Origin: Longimicrobiales bacterium
GTDB lineage: Bacteria; Gemmatimonadota; Gemmatimonadetes; Longimicrobiales; Gaopeijiaceae
Direction of reading: 5' to 3'
DNA length: 64,000 bases
Assembly (NCBI GenBank): GCA_965198065.1
Contig: CBDAON010000004.1
Location: 1,440,001 to 1,504,000 of the forward strand
The notes under the pieces were generated by a model. It was not told the origin of the DNA. It saw only the letters and a list, made by a program, of their open reading frames with translations, and did not search any database. The stretch's first letter is position 1. Each line of letters begins with the position of its first letter. The position numbers and the translations under genes are program-made. Positions 32,720-42,587 of this stretch are shown in pieces.

Positions 32720-34242
32720 TCGGGAGGATTTGCTCCACCGCCGCGAAGCGGCGGGGTCCAACCGCGACACCCCTGGGCGCGCCCAGGGGTGTCGTGCTTC
32801 TCCAGCTGGCCGTCCCGTCCCTCTTCGTGGTCGGGGCGCTCCACGGCCTCGACCGTGCCGCCATCGTTCCCACCGCGAACGCGGAGGTGAGCGCAGAGCC
32901 GGCAGTCGTCCCCTCGTCCGACCCGGCGCCGGCCCTGGTGCCTGCCCCCGCTAGCGCGGCCACCGCCGCCGCCCACGAGATCCCGGTGACGGTCCTGGTC
33001 CAGGCGTTCCTCCGGCCCGAGGGGGACGTGCTTCGAGTGCTCGTGCGTGCGCCCTTGAACTCTATGCGGGACTTCAACTTCCCGACTCGAGGCGAGGCGT
33101 TCTTTTTGAACATTGCCGAGGCGCAGCCGATGCTCCTGGCCGCAGCCAGGCTCTGGCTGGTGGATTACGTGCGGCTCTACGAGGAAGACACGCTCCTCAC
33201 CGATCCAGCCGTCGTGGCCGCGCAGACCTCGCTCCCGTCGGACCCGTCCTTTGAATCGTACGAAACGGCCCTCGCCCACATCCTGGGTCCACCCCTCCCA
33301 CAGGAGACCGACCTCGTCTGGACGCAGGCTATGATGGACGTCCTGATCGAGTACCCGATCGAGTCGGCCGACTCCCGCTTCTCGATCGACTCCGAGTGGG
33401 CCCACCTCGGGATCTCGACCTCCACGGTCCTCCGCTTCCAGCTCCCGGGGAGTGAGGAGCGCCTCTTCCAGTTCACGGGGGTCCCTGGGCTCGTTCGCCT
33501 CGACCCCAGCTGGTTCCAGGCGGCCGCTCGGTTCGTGCTGATGGGGTTCCTACACATCCTGGACGGGATCGACCACCTGCTCTTCATCTTCTGCCTGGTG
33601 ATCCCGTTTCGCAGGATCGTGCCACTGCTCGCGATCATCACCTCCTTCACGATCGCGCACTCGATCACGCTGATCGCGTCGGCGTTCGGGTATGCGCCGA
33701 ACACGCTCTGGTTCCCGCCCTTGGTCGAAGCGCTGATCGCAGTCTCGATTCTCTTCATGGCGTTGGAGAACATCGTGGGAGCCGAGCTCCAGCGACGATG
33801 GCTCGTGGCCTTCGGCTTCGGGCTCGTCCACGGCTTCGGGTTCTCGTTCGCGCTCCGTGAGTCGCTCCAGCTGGCCGGCGCGCACCTCACCACGTCGCTC
33901 TTCTCCTTCAACGTGGGCGTGGAGTTCGGACAGATGGCGGTGCTCGTTCTGATCATCCCAGCGCTGGCCGTGCTGTTCCGGTGGGTGATGGCGGAGCGTA
34001 TAGGGGTCATCCTCCTCTCCGCCCTGGTCGCCCATACGGCGTGGCACTGGACGACCGCCCGGTGGGAGACGTTCCGTGCCTACCCGCTCGAGCTGCCCGC
34101 CTTCAACCTGGTTTTCCTGCTCACCGCCACGCGGTGGCTGACCGCCATCCTGATCCTGGTCGGGATCGTCTGGGGGATGTACAACGTGTTCGGCCGGTTC
34201 GAGGGGCTCGGTGGGAAGCGGGAGCCCGAGGCCCCGAGATAG
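32716..34242 (+). CDS. HupE/UreJ family membrane protein (true start may be downstream)
   Basis: GFLHILDGIDHLLF, FTIAHSITL, FGLVHGFGF, FNVGVEFGQ. Confidence 0.88.
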   Translation: MIGRICSTAAKRRGPTATPLGAPRGVVLLQLAVPSLFVVGALHGLDRAAIVPTANAEVSAEPAVVPSSDPAPALVPAPASAATAAAHEIPVTVLVQAFLRPEGDVLRVLVRAPLNSMRDFNFPTRGEAFFLNIAEAQPMLLAAARLWLVDYVRLYEEDTLLTDPAVVAAQTSLPSDPSFESYETALAHILGPPLPQETDLVWTQAMMDVLIEYPIESADSRFSIDSEWAHLGISTSTVLRFQLPGSEERLFQFTGVPGLVRLDPSWFQAAARFVLMGFLHILDGIDHLLFIFCLVIPFRRIVPLLAIITSFTIAHSITLIASAFGYAPNTLWFPPLVEALIAVSILFMALENIVGAELQRRWLVAFGFGLVHGFGFSFALRESLQLAGAHLTTSLFSFNVGVEFGQMAVLVLIIPALAVLFRWVMAERIGVILLSALVAHTAWHWTTARWETFRAYPLELPAFNLVFLLTATRWLTAILILVGIVWGMYNVFGRFEGLGGKREPEAPR

Positions 34243-34287
34243 GGGCGAGTCGATCGAGCCCGCGTGGGCAGCAAGCGCCCGGCCGCT

Positions 34288-35937
34288 TCAGCCGGCGATA
34301 GATGCCCGGTTCTCGGCCAGGTGCGCGGCGGTCCGCCCCGCCAGGGCCTGCACTGTGAGGGTGGGGTTTCGCGCCCCGCTCGTGCCCATCACCGACGCCC
34401 CGAGAACCCCCAGGTTCGGGATCTCGTGCGAGAAGCCCCACCGGTTCACGACGTTCGTCTCCGGGTTGTAGCCCATGCGGGTCCCCCCGTAGGCGTGGGT
34501 CGAGGCCCCCATCGAACCGCCGCCCGAGCCGCCTCTCGACGTCTCGATCGCGCCCGCCTCAAGGTACCACTCCTCCATCCGGTCCTGGACGAAGGACGTG
34601 ATCCCCTGCTCGTTTTCCCGGTACTGTCCGGTGATCCGGATGACCGGGACGCCGAGCGGATCCCTCACCGTCGGATCCAGGTCGAGGAAATTCTCTTCGT
34701 GCGGCAGGGTCGTCTTCTGGATGTAGGCGGAGCTCGTTCGGTCGGCGTTCTCCCTGATCCAGGCCTTCCAGTCCGATCCCCAATTGCGCGCGACCCGGCC
34801 CCACGTGCTCCCGCTCGCCGCGGAGATCGGGCGCCGGTCCGACATGACCCAGAGGTTCCCGCCGCCGATGAAGGCCGTGTCCGCGTGGTCGAAGTTGTCG
34901 TCCGCCCAATTGTCCACGGCCACGCCTTGGGCCGGGAGCCCGTACCACGCGTTCGTGTCGATGGGGAAGAGGGCGGATACGCCGGCTCCCTGCTGATGGC
35001 TGAAATAGTGGCGTCCCACCTGCCCGAGGTTGTTGGAGAGCCCGTTCGGGAAGGCGGGTGAGGTCGACGTGAGGAGAAGTCTCGCGTTCTCGTAGGTGTA
35101 CCCCGCGATCAGAACCGCCCGAGCCGGCTGGAAGTACTCGTCGCTCCCGATCACGTAATTCACGCCCGTGACGCGACCGTCGGCGTCCACGGCGATCGTC
35201 GTGACGAGTGTCGAGCTCTTCGCGTCCACGTGGCACCCCCCTGAGCTGCAGAAGCCGTGGTAGGTGCACCCGGGCCGCCCGTCGTAGGGAACGGTGTTGA
35301 TCGCCGCTGGGCCGGGGAACGGGTACCATCCCAGCCGGCGCGCGGCCTCGGCCATCCGCTCCAGGAAGCTCGTCCACCTGAGTGGCGGCATGGGGTACTC
35401 CCGCGCCCGTGGACCCTCGAAAGGGTTTCCGCGCGGGTCGATCGTGCCCTGGACGTTTCCCGCCTGCCCAGACACGCCGATGGCCCTTTCGACCGCGTCG
35501 TAATACGGTTCGAGCTCCTCGTATGCGAACGGCCAGTCCTCGACGGTGGATCCGGGAGGGATCCTGGACGCGCCGTAGCGGCGGGTCGTCTGGCTCACCA
35601 CCTGGAAATCCCACGGGTTCAACCGCCAGCTCTGGGCCCAGTAGTGGAGCGTCGTGCCTCCGACGGCGTTGATCATCGGGTGGCCGCCCCGAGTCGCCTC
35701 GCTGTTCCGGTCGGGCCTTGAGGTCGGGCGCTCGTCGTAGGTCTTGTGGACGATCATGGGCCAGTCCCGAAAGTTGTTCCGGATCTCGTCGGGGACGAAG
35801 TCGTCTCGACTGAGCCACGTCCCCGCCTCCAGGCCCACGACCTCGAGCCCGGCCTCCGCGAGGGGGAGGGCCGCCACCCCACCGGCCGCACCCATTCCCA
35901 CGATCACGACGTCCGTCGGCTGTTGTCGGATCACCAT
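34288..35937 (-). CDS. GMC oxidoreductase (gluconate 2-dehydrogenase flavoprotein-like)
   Basis: DVVIVGMGAAGG, VGGTTLHY, LDLDP, HAYGGTRMG, NPTLT. Confidence 0.9.
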   Translation of the reverse strand: MVIRQQPTDVVIVGMGAAGGVAALPLAEAGLEVVGLEAGTWLSRDDFVPDEIRNNFRDWPMIVHKTYDERPTSRPDRNSEATRGGHPMINAVGGTTLHYWAQSWRLNPWDFQVVSQTTRRYGASRIPPGSTVEDWPFAYEELEPYYDAVERAIGVSGQAGNVQGTIDPRGNPFEGPRAREYPMPPLRWTSFLERMAEAARRLGWYPFPGPAAINTVPYDGRPGCTYHGFCSSGGCHVDAKSSTLVTTIAVDADGRVTGVNYVIGSDEYFQPARAVLIAGYTYENARLLLTSTSPAFPNGLSNNLGQVGRHYFSHQQGAGVSALFPIDTNAWYGLPAQGVAVDNWADDNFDHADTAFIGGGNLWVMSDRRPISAASGSTWGRVARNWGSDWKAWIRENADRTSSAYIQKTTLPHEENFLDLDPTVRDPLGVPVIRITGQYRENEQGITSFVQDRMEEWYLEAGAIETSRGGSGGGSMGASTHAYGGTRMGYNPETNVVNRWGFSHEIPNLGVLGASVMGTSGARNPTLTVQALAGRTAAHLAENRASIAG

Positions 35938-35988
35938 CGTTAGACTCCCGGTCGGTCGAGGCCCTCCCCTCCGCCCCCCGGCAACGGA

Positions 35989-36699
35989 TCAGGGCTGGTC
36001 GTAGGCGGAGAGGTGGTTCGGCGGAAGCTGACCCGCCTCCAGTAGCTGCTGATCCCTCGCGCTCACCACCCGGCGCACTCCCGGATAGCGGATCAGGTCC
36101 CACCCGACGAAGCCTTGGTTGCCGCCGTACTGTGGGTCGCCAAAGGTGCCCTGCCAGGTGTGCGAACGCACCATCCGGAAGAACGCGGCGGAGCTCCCCT
36201 GGAAGCCGGCTCCGGCCCCGGTGGCGGTGCCTGTCTGAACGTCGACGAGCACCGAGTCTTGGTCCACGGCGTCGAGCTCGGCAAACCGCGCGCCCCGGGA
36301 GTAGCGGGCGTAGCGGTCGAGCGCGGCGAGGCCCGCGCGATAGGCTTCCCTGGTGCTCGCGAGGGCCCCGCCTAGCTCCCGGTCGATGTAATAGATGGCC
36401 CCGGCCTCCCTGGCACCGGGGCCGAGGTCGTCCGCCGGGATCAGGCGCGCGATCATGGCGTCCAGGATCTCGGCCTCCTCCACGGTGAGGTTGGCGATCC
36501 GCGGCCGAGCTTGGGAGACCACGGGAAGCGCCGGGCTCCGGGGGGCCGCCCCTGCCTGGTCGCCTCTTCTGAGGGCAGCGCCCTCGCCCGGCCCCGGAGC
36601 CCGCGAGAGGGATCCGGGAAGTACGACCGCCGCGCCCAGCGTGCCGGCGCTCTTCAGGAGCTCGCGCCTCGATATCCTCTTCGCCTGTTCATCCGACAT
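35989..36699 (-). CDS. Gluconate 2-dehydrogenase subunit 3 family protein (Tat signal)
   Basis: ISRRELLK; ARLIP; FGDPQYGGN; GWDLIRYPG. Confidence 0.9.
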   Translation of the reverse strand: MSDEQAKRISRRELLKSAGTLGAAVVLPGSLSRAPGPGEGAALRRGDQAGAAPRSPALPVVSQARPRIANLTVEEAEILDAMIARLIPADDLGPGAREAGAIYYIDRELGGALASTREAYRAGLAALDRYARYSRGARFAELDAVDQDSVLVDVQTGTATGAGAGFQGSSAAFFRMVRSHTWQGTFGDPQYGGNQGFVGWDLIRYPGVRRVVSARDQQLLEAGQLPPNHLSAYDQP

Positions 36700-36729
36700 C
36701 GCCGTCTCCTCCGGTCTTCCGCTGCGCTT

Positions 36730-37311
36730 TCAGTCCCACGGCGGCGGGCCCATCGGCTGCCGCTCGTAGATCGGTGTCATCTCACCCCGGCCGATCACGT
36801 GCCCGGCGATGCTCCCGAGCACCTCCGTCCTGTCGAGGCCCGGCGGGAGGTTCATCTCCGTGTCCAGCGCGTAAACCACGAACCGATACTCGTGCACAGT
36901 TCCCAAGGGGGGTGCCGGACCACGATACATGGGAAGCCCCCAACCGTTCAAACCCTGGCGCACCCCGTCCAGCCCGGCCGGCATAGGCTCACGCGAATCG
37001 AAGGGGATGCCCTCCGGGAGCCCGCCCGCGCTGACCGGGATGTTGTAGACGAGCCAGTGAACCCAGGGAGGCGGGCTTCCCGCACCGTGGTCCTCGCACA
37101 GGACCACCAGCTGGCGGGTTCCGGCCGGAAGGTTCCGCCACACGAGGGAAGGCGAGACGTTCCGGCCGTCCGGGGAATAATCCCTCGGCATCAACACCCC
37201 CGTCTCCATCGTCGGGCTTTCCACTAGGATGCCCAAAGGCTCCTGCTGGGCGAGTCCCGATCCGTGAGTCGGAAGGAGGAGCGAGGCTCCCAGCAAAGCC
37301 GCTCGTGTCAT
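36730..37311 (-). CDS. YbhB/YbcL (PEBP/RKIP-like) protein
   Basis: NVSPSLVW, WVHWLVYNIP, YRGPAPP, HEYRFVVYALD. Confidence 0.9.
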   Translation of the reverse strand: MTRAALLGASLLLPTHGSGLAQQEPLGILVESPTMETGVLMPRDYSPDGRNVSPSLVWRNLPAGTRQLVVLCEDHGAGSPPPWVHWLVYNIPVSAGGLPEGIPFDSREPMPAGLDGVRQGLNGWGLPMYRGPAPPLGTVHEYRFVVYALDTEMNLPPGLDRTEVLGSIAGHVIGRGEMTPIYERQPMGPPPWD

Positions 37312-37532
37312 CGGCCGCAATGGACGCTCCGATGCGAAATGCGACGCATCCGCTCTGGACGAATGTCCGGCAGGGCTTATGGAAGAGCGAACATATGGCT
37401 CCCGCTGGAACCGGGTCAAAGTGAGGGTGGGGTTAACGCCCCATCCCCGGTAGGTATCTTACTCTGTGGCTGCGCCGCGGGTCGACCGTGGCGAGAGTGC
37501 GATCCTAGAACCCCAACAGTCGAGTCAATGTC

Positions 37533-38012
37533 ATGAAACGCTTCATGGTGCCCGCCCTCGCGTTGGCCCTCGTGGCTGCCCCCACCCTCCTCGAGGCGCA
37601 GGGGCGCGGGGGACGCGGGTTCGGAGCGGTGCAGCTGAACCCCATTCAGGCCATCCTGAACGCCGCGGACAGCCTCCAGCTCGACTTCACGGCCGAGCAG
37701 CAGTCGCGCCTGGAACAGATCCGGACCGACCTCGACACGGAGAACGCGCCGCGCCTGGCTCAGATCCAAGAGGCCCTGGGAGGAGGCGCGCCCGACCCGG
37801 GGACGATCATGCCGATCGTCCAGGGGATCTTCCAGGCGAACCAGGCGGCCATCGAGACGGCACGCTTGGTTCTCGACCCCGAGCAGCTGGCCGCGGTCAA
37901 TCTCTTCCTCGAGTCGCTCGCCCCGGCCGGCCGGGGGACGCGGAAGGGGAGCCCGAGGTGGCGGGCCTCCCGGTTAACCCCGAGGACAGCTAGCTTCTCC
38001 ACCTCGTCGTAG
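37533..38012 (+). CDS. Exported hypothetical helical protein (Spy/CpxP-like)
   Basis: Signal peptide MKRF...LEA; FTAEQQ and LDPEQ motifs. Confidence 0.6.
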   Translation: MKRFMVPALALALVAAPTLLEAQGRGGRGFGAVQLNPIQAILNAADSLQLDFTAEQQSRLEQIRTDLDTENAPRLAQIQEALGGGAPDPGTIMPIVQGIFQANQAAIETARLVLDPEQLAAVNLFLESLAPAGRGTRKGSPRWRASRLTPRTASFSTSS

Positions 38013-38090
38013 GCTGGTCGTCGTCACTGGCCGGTCGTTCGACGAGGCGGCTGGGCGGCCCTGGGGCCAGGGCCACTTCGTGCTGCGCAC

Positions 38091-40577
38091 GTGTCTTCTG
38101 ACCGTGAACCGGAGGCCGTCCCCTCGATGGGCCCACAGACGACCCCGCGCGCCGAGCCATCCGGCGCGTCCGCGGCCCGCCTGCTTCCCCTGGTTCTGCT
38201 CTTCGTTGGAAGCGGTGCCGCGGCGCTGATCTACGAGATCGTGTGGTTCCAGATGCTCTCCCTGGTCATCGGGTCCTCGGCGATCTCGCTCGGGGTCCTC
38301 CTCGCTACCTTCATGGGAGGCATGTGCCTGGGGAGCCTGGCCCTTCCCCACCTCGTGCCAGCCGATCGGCACCCGCTCCGCGTATATGCGACGATCGAGG
38401 GGACGATCGGGGTCCTCGGCCTCGTGGTTCTCTTCGCGCTCCCATGGGTGGGGGGCCTCTATGTCGCGATCGGGGGGGGAGGGTTCGGGGAGCTCCTCGT
38501 ACGGGCCGCGTTTTCCGCGGTCTGCCTCCTTCCACCGACGGCCCTGATGGGCGCGACGCTGCCCGCGATCGCGCGCTGGGTGAGAGCCACACCGCGGGGC
38601 GTATCGTGGCTCGGCTTCTTCTACGGGGGTAACATCGCCGGGGCCGTCTTCGGGTGCCTCCTGGCGGGTTTCTACCTCCTCCGAGTCCACGACATCATGG
38701 TCGCTACGTACGTGGCGGCCGCGTTGAACCTTCTCGTCGCGGGCGCGGCATTTCTGCTCTCGACTCGCGCGAGCCACGCCGCCTCACCCCAGCCGGCGGC
38801 CACTTCTACGTCCCTCTCCCCTGCAGCTTGGACGGTGCTCGTCACGATCGCGCTCTCGGGGTTTACGGCGCTCGGCGCCGAGGTTGTCTGGACGCGGAAC
38901 CTTTCGCTGATCCTGGGCGGCACGGTCTACACGTTCTCGCTGATTCTGGCCGCCTTCCTCGTTGGACTCGGGATCGGAAGCGGGGTGGGCTCGTTCTTCG
39001 CGTCGACGATCCGGAGCCCCCGCGTCGCGCTGGGCTGGTGCCAGCTCCTTGTCATGGCAGGGCTCGCCTGGGCCGCCGTCGCGCTCTCGCGCTCTCTGCC
39101 GTACTGGCCCACGAACCCCGCCCTCGCGATTTCGCCGTGGTTCAACTTTCAGATCGACCTCGCGCGCTGTCTCTGGACCGTCCTACCGGGCGCGATCCTC
39201 TGGGGGGCCAGCTTCCCGCTCGCCCTGGCCGCTGTCGCCACCCCCGAGCAGGACTCCGGGCACCTAGTGGGGCGGGTGTACGCCGCGAACACGGTGGGGG
39301 CGATCCTGGGTTCCATCGCGGTCTCCCTGTTCTTCATCGGATCGATCGGCACACAGGCCGCGCAGCAGCTCCTCATCGTGCTGGCAGCCGTTTCCGCGCT
39401 CATTGTCCTGCTCCCAGCCATAGAGGAGGGCGGTCGGGTCCGCCTTCCCGTGTCGAGGGCCGCGGGGTGGGGTCTGGCGGCACTGGCCTCCGCGGCGCTC
39501 CTGATGAGGATGGTCTCCCCGGTCCCAGGGATCCTCGTCGCGTACGGGCGCTACGCAGTGACCTGGCTCGAGAGCGCGGGCGAGGTGATCTATTCCGGCG
39601 AGGGCACCCACGCCTCCCTTGCCGTGACCCAGCTCCGCAACGGAACGCTGAACTACCACAACGCGGGGAAGGTCCAAGCCTCGAGCGAGCCGCAGGACAT
39701 GCGGCTCCAGCGCATGCTCGGGCACTTCACCACGATCGTTCCCGAAGACCCGGCCTCGGTTCTGGTCATCGGGCTCGGTGCGGGAGTCACCGCCGGCGCC
39801 GTTGCGATCGACCCACGGGTCGAGCAGGTCACGATCGCCGAGCTCGAGGAGCTCGTGCCGGAGGTGGTGTCGGCGTACTTCAGCGAGCACAACTTCTCCG
39901 TGGTGGCGAACCCCAAGGTGGAGCTGCGGATCGACGACGGCCGCCACTTCCTCCTCACCACGGACGAGACCTTCGACGCGATCACGTCCGACCCGCTGGA
40001 CCCGTGGGTGAAGGGCGCGGCCAACCTGTACACGATCGAGTTCTGGGAGTTGGTGAAGAGCCGCTTGAACCCCGGTGGAGTGGTGACCGTGTTCGTGCAG
40101 CTCTACGAGGCGGGAAGAGAGGCGGTGAGGACCGAGATCGCGACGTTCGTCCAGGCGTTCCCGAACGCGATCGTGTGGGCCAACACGGTAAACGGCTTCG
40201 GCTACGACCTGGTCCTCATGGGACAGGCCGAGCCGACCCAGATCGACGTGCCGGCGCTGGCCGCCAGGCTCGCCCGCCCCGAGTACGCTCCAATCCGCGA
40301 GTCCCTCGCAGAGATCGGCTTCCGGTCCGTAGACGCGCTCCTGGGCACGTACGCGGCGGACGCGGCGGACCTCGCCCCCTGGCTCGCGGGAGTCGAGGTC
40401 ACGCGCGACCGGAACCTCCGGCTTCAGTACTTGGCGGGGCTTGGCGTGAACCGCTACGAGCAGGACTCAATCTACCGGGAGATCATCTCGTACCGGACGT
40501 TTCCCGACCAGATGCTGGTCGCTCCCCCCGAACAGCTTGCCTACATCCGGGATCTGATGGCGGGGCCGCGGCCATAG
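38091..40577 (+). CDS. Fused MFS-like membrane domain / spermidine synthase
   Basis: SGAAALIYEIVW, YAANTVGAILG, VLVIGLGAGVT, DDGRHFL, FDAITSDP. Confidence 0.9.
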   Translation: MSSDREPEAVPSMGPQTTPRAEPSGASAARLLPLVLLFVGSGAAALIYEIVWFQMLSLVIGSSAISLGVLLATFMGGMCLGSLALPHLVPADRHPLRVYATIEGTIGVLGLVVLFALPWVGGLYVAIGGGGFGELLVRAAFSAVCLLPPTALMGATLPAIARWVRATPRGVSWLGFFYGGNIAGAVFGCLLAGFYLLRVHDIMVATYVAAALNLLVAGAAFLLSTRASHAASPQPAATSTSLSPAAWTVLVTIALSGFTALGAEVVWTRNLSLILGGTVYTFSLILAAFLVGLGIGSGVGSFFASTIRSPRVALGWCQLLVMAGLAWAAVALSRSLPYWPTNPALAISPWFNFQIDLARCLWTVLPGAILWGASFPLALAAVATPEQDSGHLVGRVYAANTVGAILGSIAVSLFFIGSIGTQAAQQLLIVLAAVSALIVLLPAIEEGGRVRLPVSRAAGWGLAALASAALLMRMVSPVPGILVAYGRYAVTWLESAGEVIYSGEGTHASLAVTQLRNGTLNYHNAGKVQASSEPQDMRLQRMLGHFTTIVPEDPASVLVIGLGAGVTAGAVAIDPRVEQVTIAELEELVPEVVSAYFSEHNFSVVANPKVELRIDDGRHFLLTTDETFDAITSDPLDPWVKGAANLYTIEFWELVKSRLNPGGVVTVFVQLYEAGREAVRTEIATFVQAFPNAIVWANTVNGFGYDLVLMGQAEPTQIDVPALAARLARPEYAPIRESLAEIGFRSVDALLGTYAADAADLAPWLAGVEVTRDRNLRLQYLAGLGVNRYEQDSIYREIISYRTFPDQMLVAPPEQLAYIRDLMAGPRP

Positions 40578-40716
40578 AGAGGCCGGTCCGAGCCTCAGTT
40601 GCGGCCCCGCCCTTGCTTCCCCCCGGACGCATTTCTACCGTGGTCTCTCCCACGCTCGGAGGCGTTCGCTCGGGGCGCCTTCCCCCTTGTGCGGCCACTA
40701 CACCCGGGAGATCGTG

Positions 40717-41397
40717 ATGTCGTCCGGCCCAGCCAGAGAGGGGAAGTCCATCTACGGGCTCGTCATCGAGAGCCGGCCCGGCCCCGGAGTGCTCCACGAG
40801 CTTAGCGGCGTGATCGCCCGGCGCGGAGGCAACATCACGTGGGTCGTTATCCTAGACAGCCAGAAGCCAATCGAGACGATCTTCTTCGAGATCAGCGACC
40901 TGGAGGACCTCGACGAGGTCATGGAGGAGCTCCGGGCGCTCCCGGTGGTGTCGAGCGTCACCCGGGAGCAGCCGATGGGGAGCGTCTTCGGAAAGCGGGT
41001 CATCATCATCGGCGGGGGCGCCCAGGTCGGTCAGGTCGCCGTAGGGGCGGTCTCCGAGGCGGACCGTCACAACTTGAGGGGTGAGCGGATCTCGGTGGAC
41101 ACGATCCCACTCGTGGGCGAGAAGACGCTCGCCGAGGCCGTCGAGGCCGTGGCTCGGCTCCCGCGCGCGCGGGCCCTCGTGCTGGCCGGTGCCCTCATGG
41201 GAGGAGACATCGAGCAGGCCGTCCGGACGGTCCGCGAGAAGGGGGTCGTCGTGATCTCTCTGAACATGGCCGGATCGGTCCCCGAGGCGGCCGACCTGAT
41301 CGTGAGCGACCCGATCCAGGCCGGCGTGATGGCCGTGATGGCCGTCGCGGACACGGCCCGCTTCCGGGTCGACAAGCTCAAGAAGAAGACGTACTGA
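40717..41397 (+). CDS. ACT domain plus DUF5612-like C-terminal domain protein
   Basis: ACT motif RPGPGVLHELSGVIARRGGNI; C-terminal GGGAQVGQVA, EADRHNLRGERISVDTIPLVGE, DPIQAGVMAVM. Confidence 0.8.
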   Translation: MSSGPAREGKSIYGLVIESRPGPGVLHELSGVIARRGGNITWVVILDSQKPIETIFFEISDLEDLDEVMEELRALPVVSSVTREQPMGSVFGKRVIIIGGGAQVGQVAVGAVSEADRHNLRGERISVDTIPLVGEKTLAEAVEAVARLPRARALVLAGALMGGDIEQAVRTVREKGVVVISLNMAGSVPEAADLIVSDPIQAGVMAVMAVADTARFRVDKLKKKTY

Positions 41398-41902
41398 GCT
41401 TCGATGATCTGGGAACGGAGAGGCTCCGCCACTCGCTGTCCGCCATCGCCTTGCACAGATACACGATCTGGCCCACGTGGTACGCCGTGTGGGTGAGCGA
41501 GCGCTGGATGGCCTGGATCACCGAGAGCTTCTCGCCCCGGATCGTCACCGTTCGCTCGAGGTGCGCCGGCGAGAGAGCCCCCAGGCTCTTGAACAGGATG
41601 TCCCATCCGCTCTCCCAGGCGGCCAGGAGCTCCTCCCTGGAGACGTGCTTCTCCTCGAGCTCCCCGGCCCGGTCCCTCCACTCCTTCTCTCCGTCCGCGG
41701 TGAGGAAATCCGTCCATCGGGAACGCAAGTTCCCACTCACGTGCTGGATCAGGACGGAGATCGAGTTCGACTCCGGGCTGAACTTCTCGAAGAGCGAGGC
41801 GTCGTCGATCTGTTCGAGCGCTCCGTCGGCTAGCTTCTTGTACGCGCGGAACTGACTGCTGCTGCTCTCGATAAAACCGCTGAGGCGCGAGTCCGACCGC
41901 AT
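41378..41902 (-). CDS. DinB/DUF1572 family protein
   Basis: NSISVLIQHVSGNLRSRWTDFLTADGEK; HTAYHVGQIV. Confidence 0.9.
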   Translation of the reverse strand: MRSDSRLSGFIESSSSQFRAYKKLADGALEQIDDASLFEKFSPESNSISVLIQHVSGNLRSRWTDFLTADGEKEWRDRAGELEEKHVSREELLAAWESGWDILFKSLGALSPAHLERTVTIRGEKLSVIQAIQRSLTHTAYHVGQIVYLCKAMADSEWRSLSVPRSSKLSTSSS

Positions 41903-42000
41903 GCCGATCCTCCTTCACTCCCATACGTTGAAGTGGAACTCGTGACCCCGCCGGGCGTACCGGCTCACCGCACTCGACACCACCCTTCCCGGAGACACCA

Positions 42001-42483
42001 GTGATACCGCATCGTCCCCTTTCCCTCGTCGCGGCGACGTTCCTCCTCCTCTCCGTGCCGGCGTGTGGCGGCGACGCTCCCCCTGCAGAGTCGGGAGCCG
42101 AAACCGGCGCTCCCGGCACCGCCGCCAGCGCGCCCGAGACACCCAGCGAGATTCATGTCGAGCTCATGCCGACTCCCGACTACATCGCCGAAGGAACACT
42201 AACGCTCACCCGCAACGGGGATAACCTCGTGGCTCGGGCGTTCGTCGAGACGCATCTGAATCAGGGCGACTACGCGATGCACATCCACGAGGGCTTGTGC
42301 GCCGAAGGCGGCCGCGTCGTTGTCGCACTGACGTCGGTCGAGGGGCAGGAGCTGGGAGAGGGTGAGGCGACGACCACGTTCCCGGCCTCCGAGCTCTCCC
42401 CCACCGCGTCGTACTTCGTGTGGATCCATTCGCCAACGGGCGAACCCGTTGCGTGCGCCGACATTCCGCCGGTGAACCTGTAG
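42001..42483 (+). CDS. Lipoprotein, CHRD/Cu-Zn SOD-like fold
   Basis: Lipobox VPAC; MHIHEGLC; WIH...VACADI. Confidence 0.65.
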   Translation: MIPHRPLSLVAATFLLLSVPACGGDAPPAESGAETGAPGTAASAPETPSEIHVELMPTPDYIAEGTLTLTRNGDNLVARAFVETHLNQGDYAMHIHEGLCAEGGRVVVALTSVEGQELGEGEATTTFPASELSPTASYFVWIHSPTGEPVACADIPPVNL

Positions 42484-42498
42484 TCTACGCAAGGACCT

Positions 42499-42536
42499 CC
42501 ACCGCGCCCCCGTCGCGCTCGCGGTGGGCGCGGTGG
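42499..42536. terminator. GC-rich hairpin between convergent genes
   Basis: ccaccgcgccc ... gggcgcggtgg inverted repeat. Confidence 0.5.
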
Positions 42537-42537
42537 C

Positions 42538-42587
42538 GCCGAGGGCTCTCGTCAAGCACCGGGCCGAGGGCTCTCGTCAAGCACCGG
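42538..42587. repeat. 25-bp perfect tandem duplication
   Basis: gccgagggctctcgtcaagcaccgg at 42538-42562 and 42563-42587. Confidence 0.9.
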
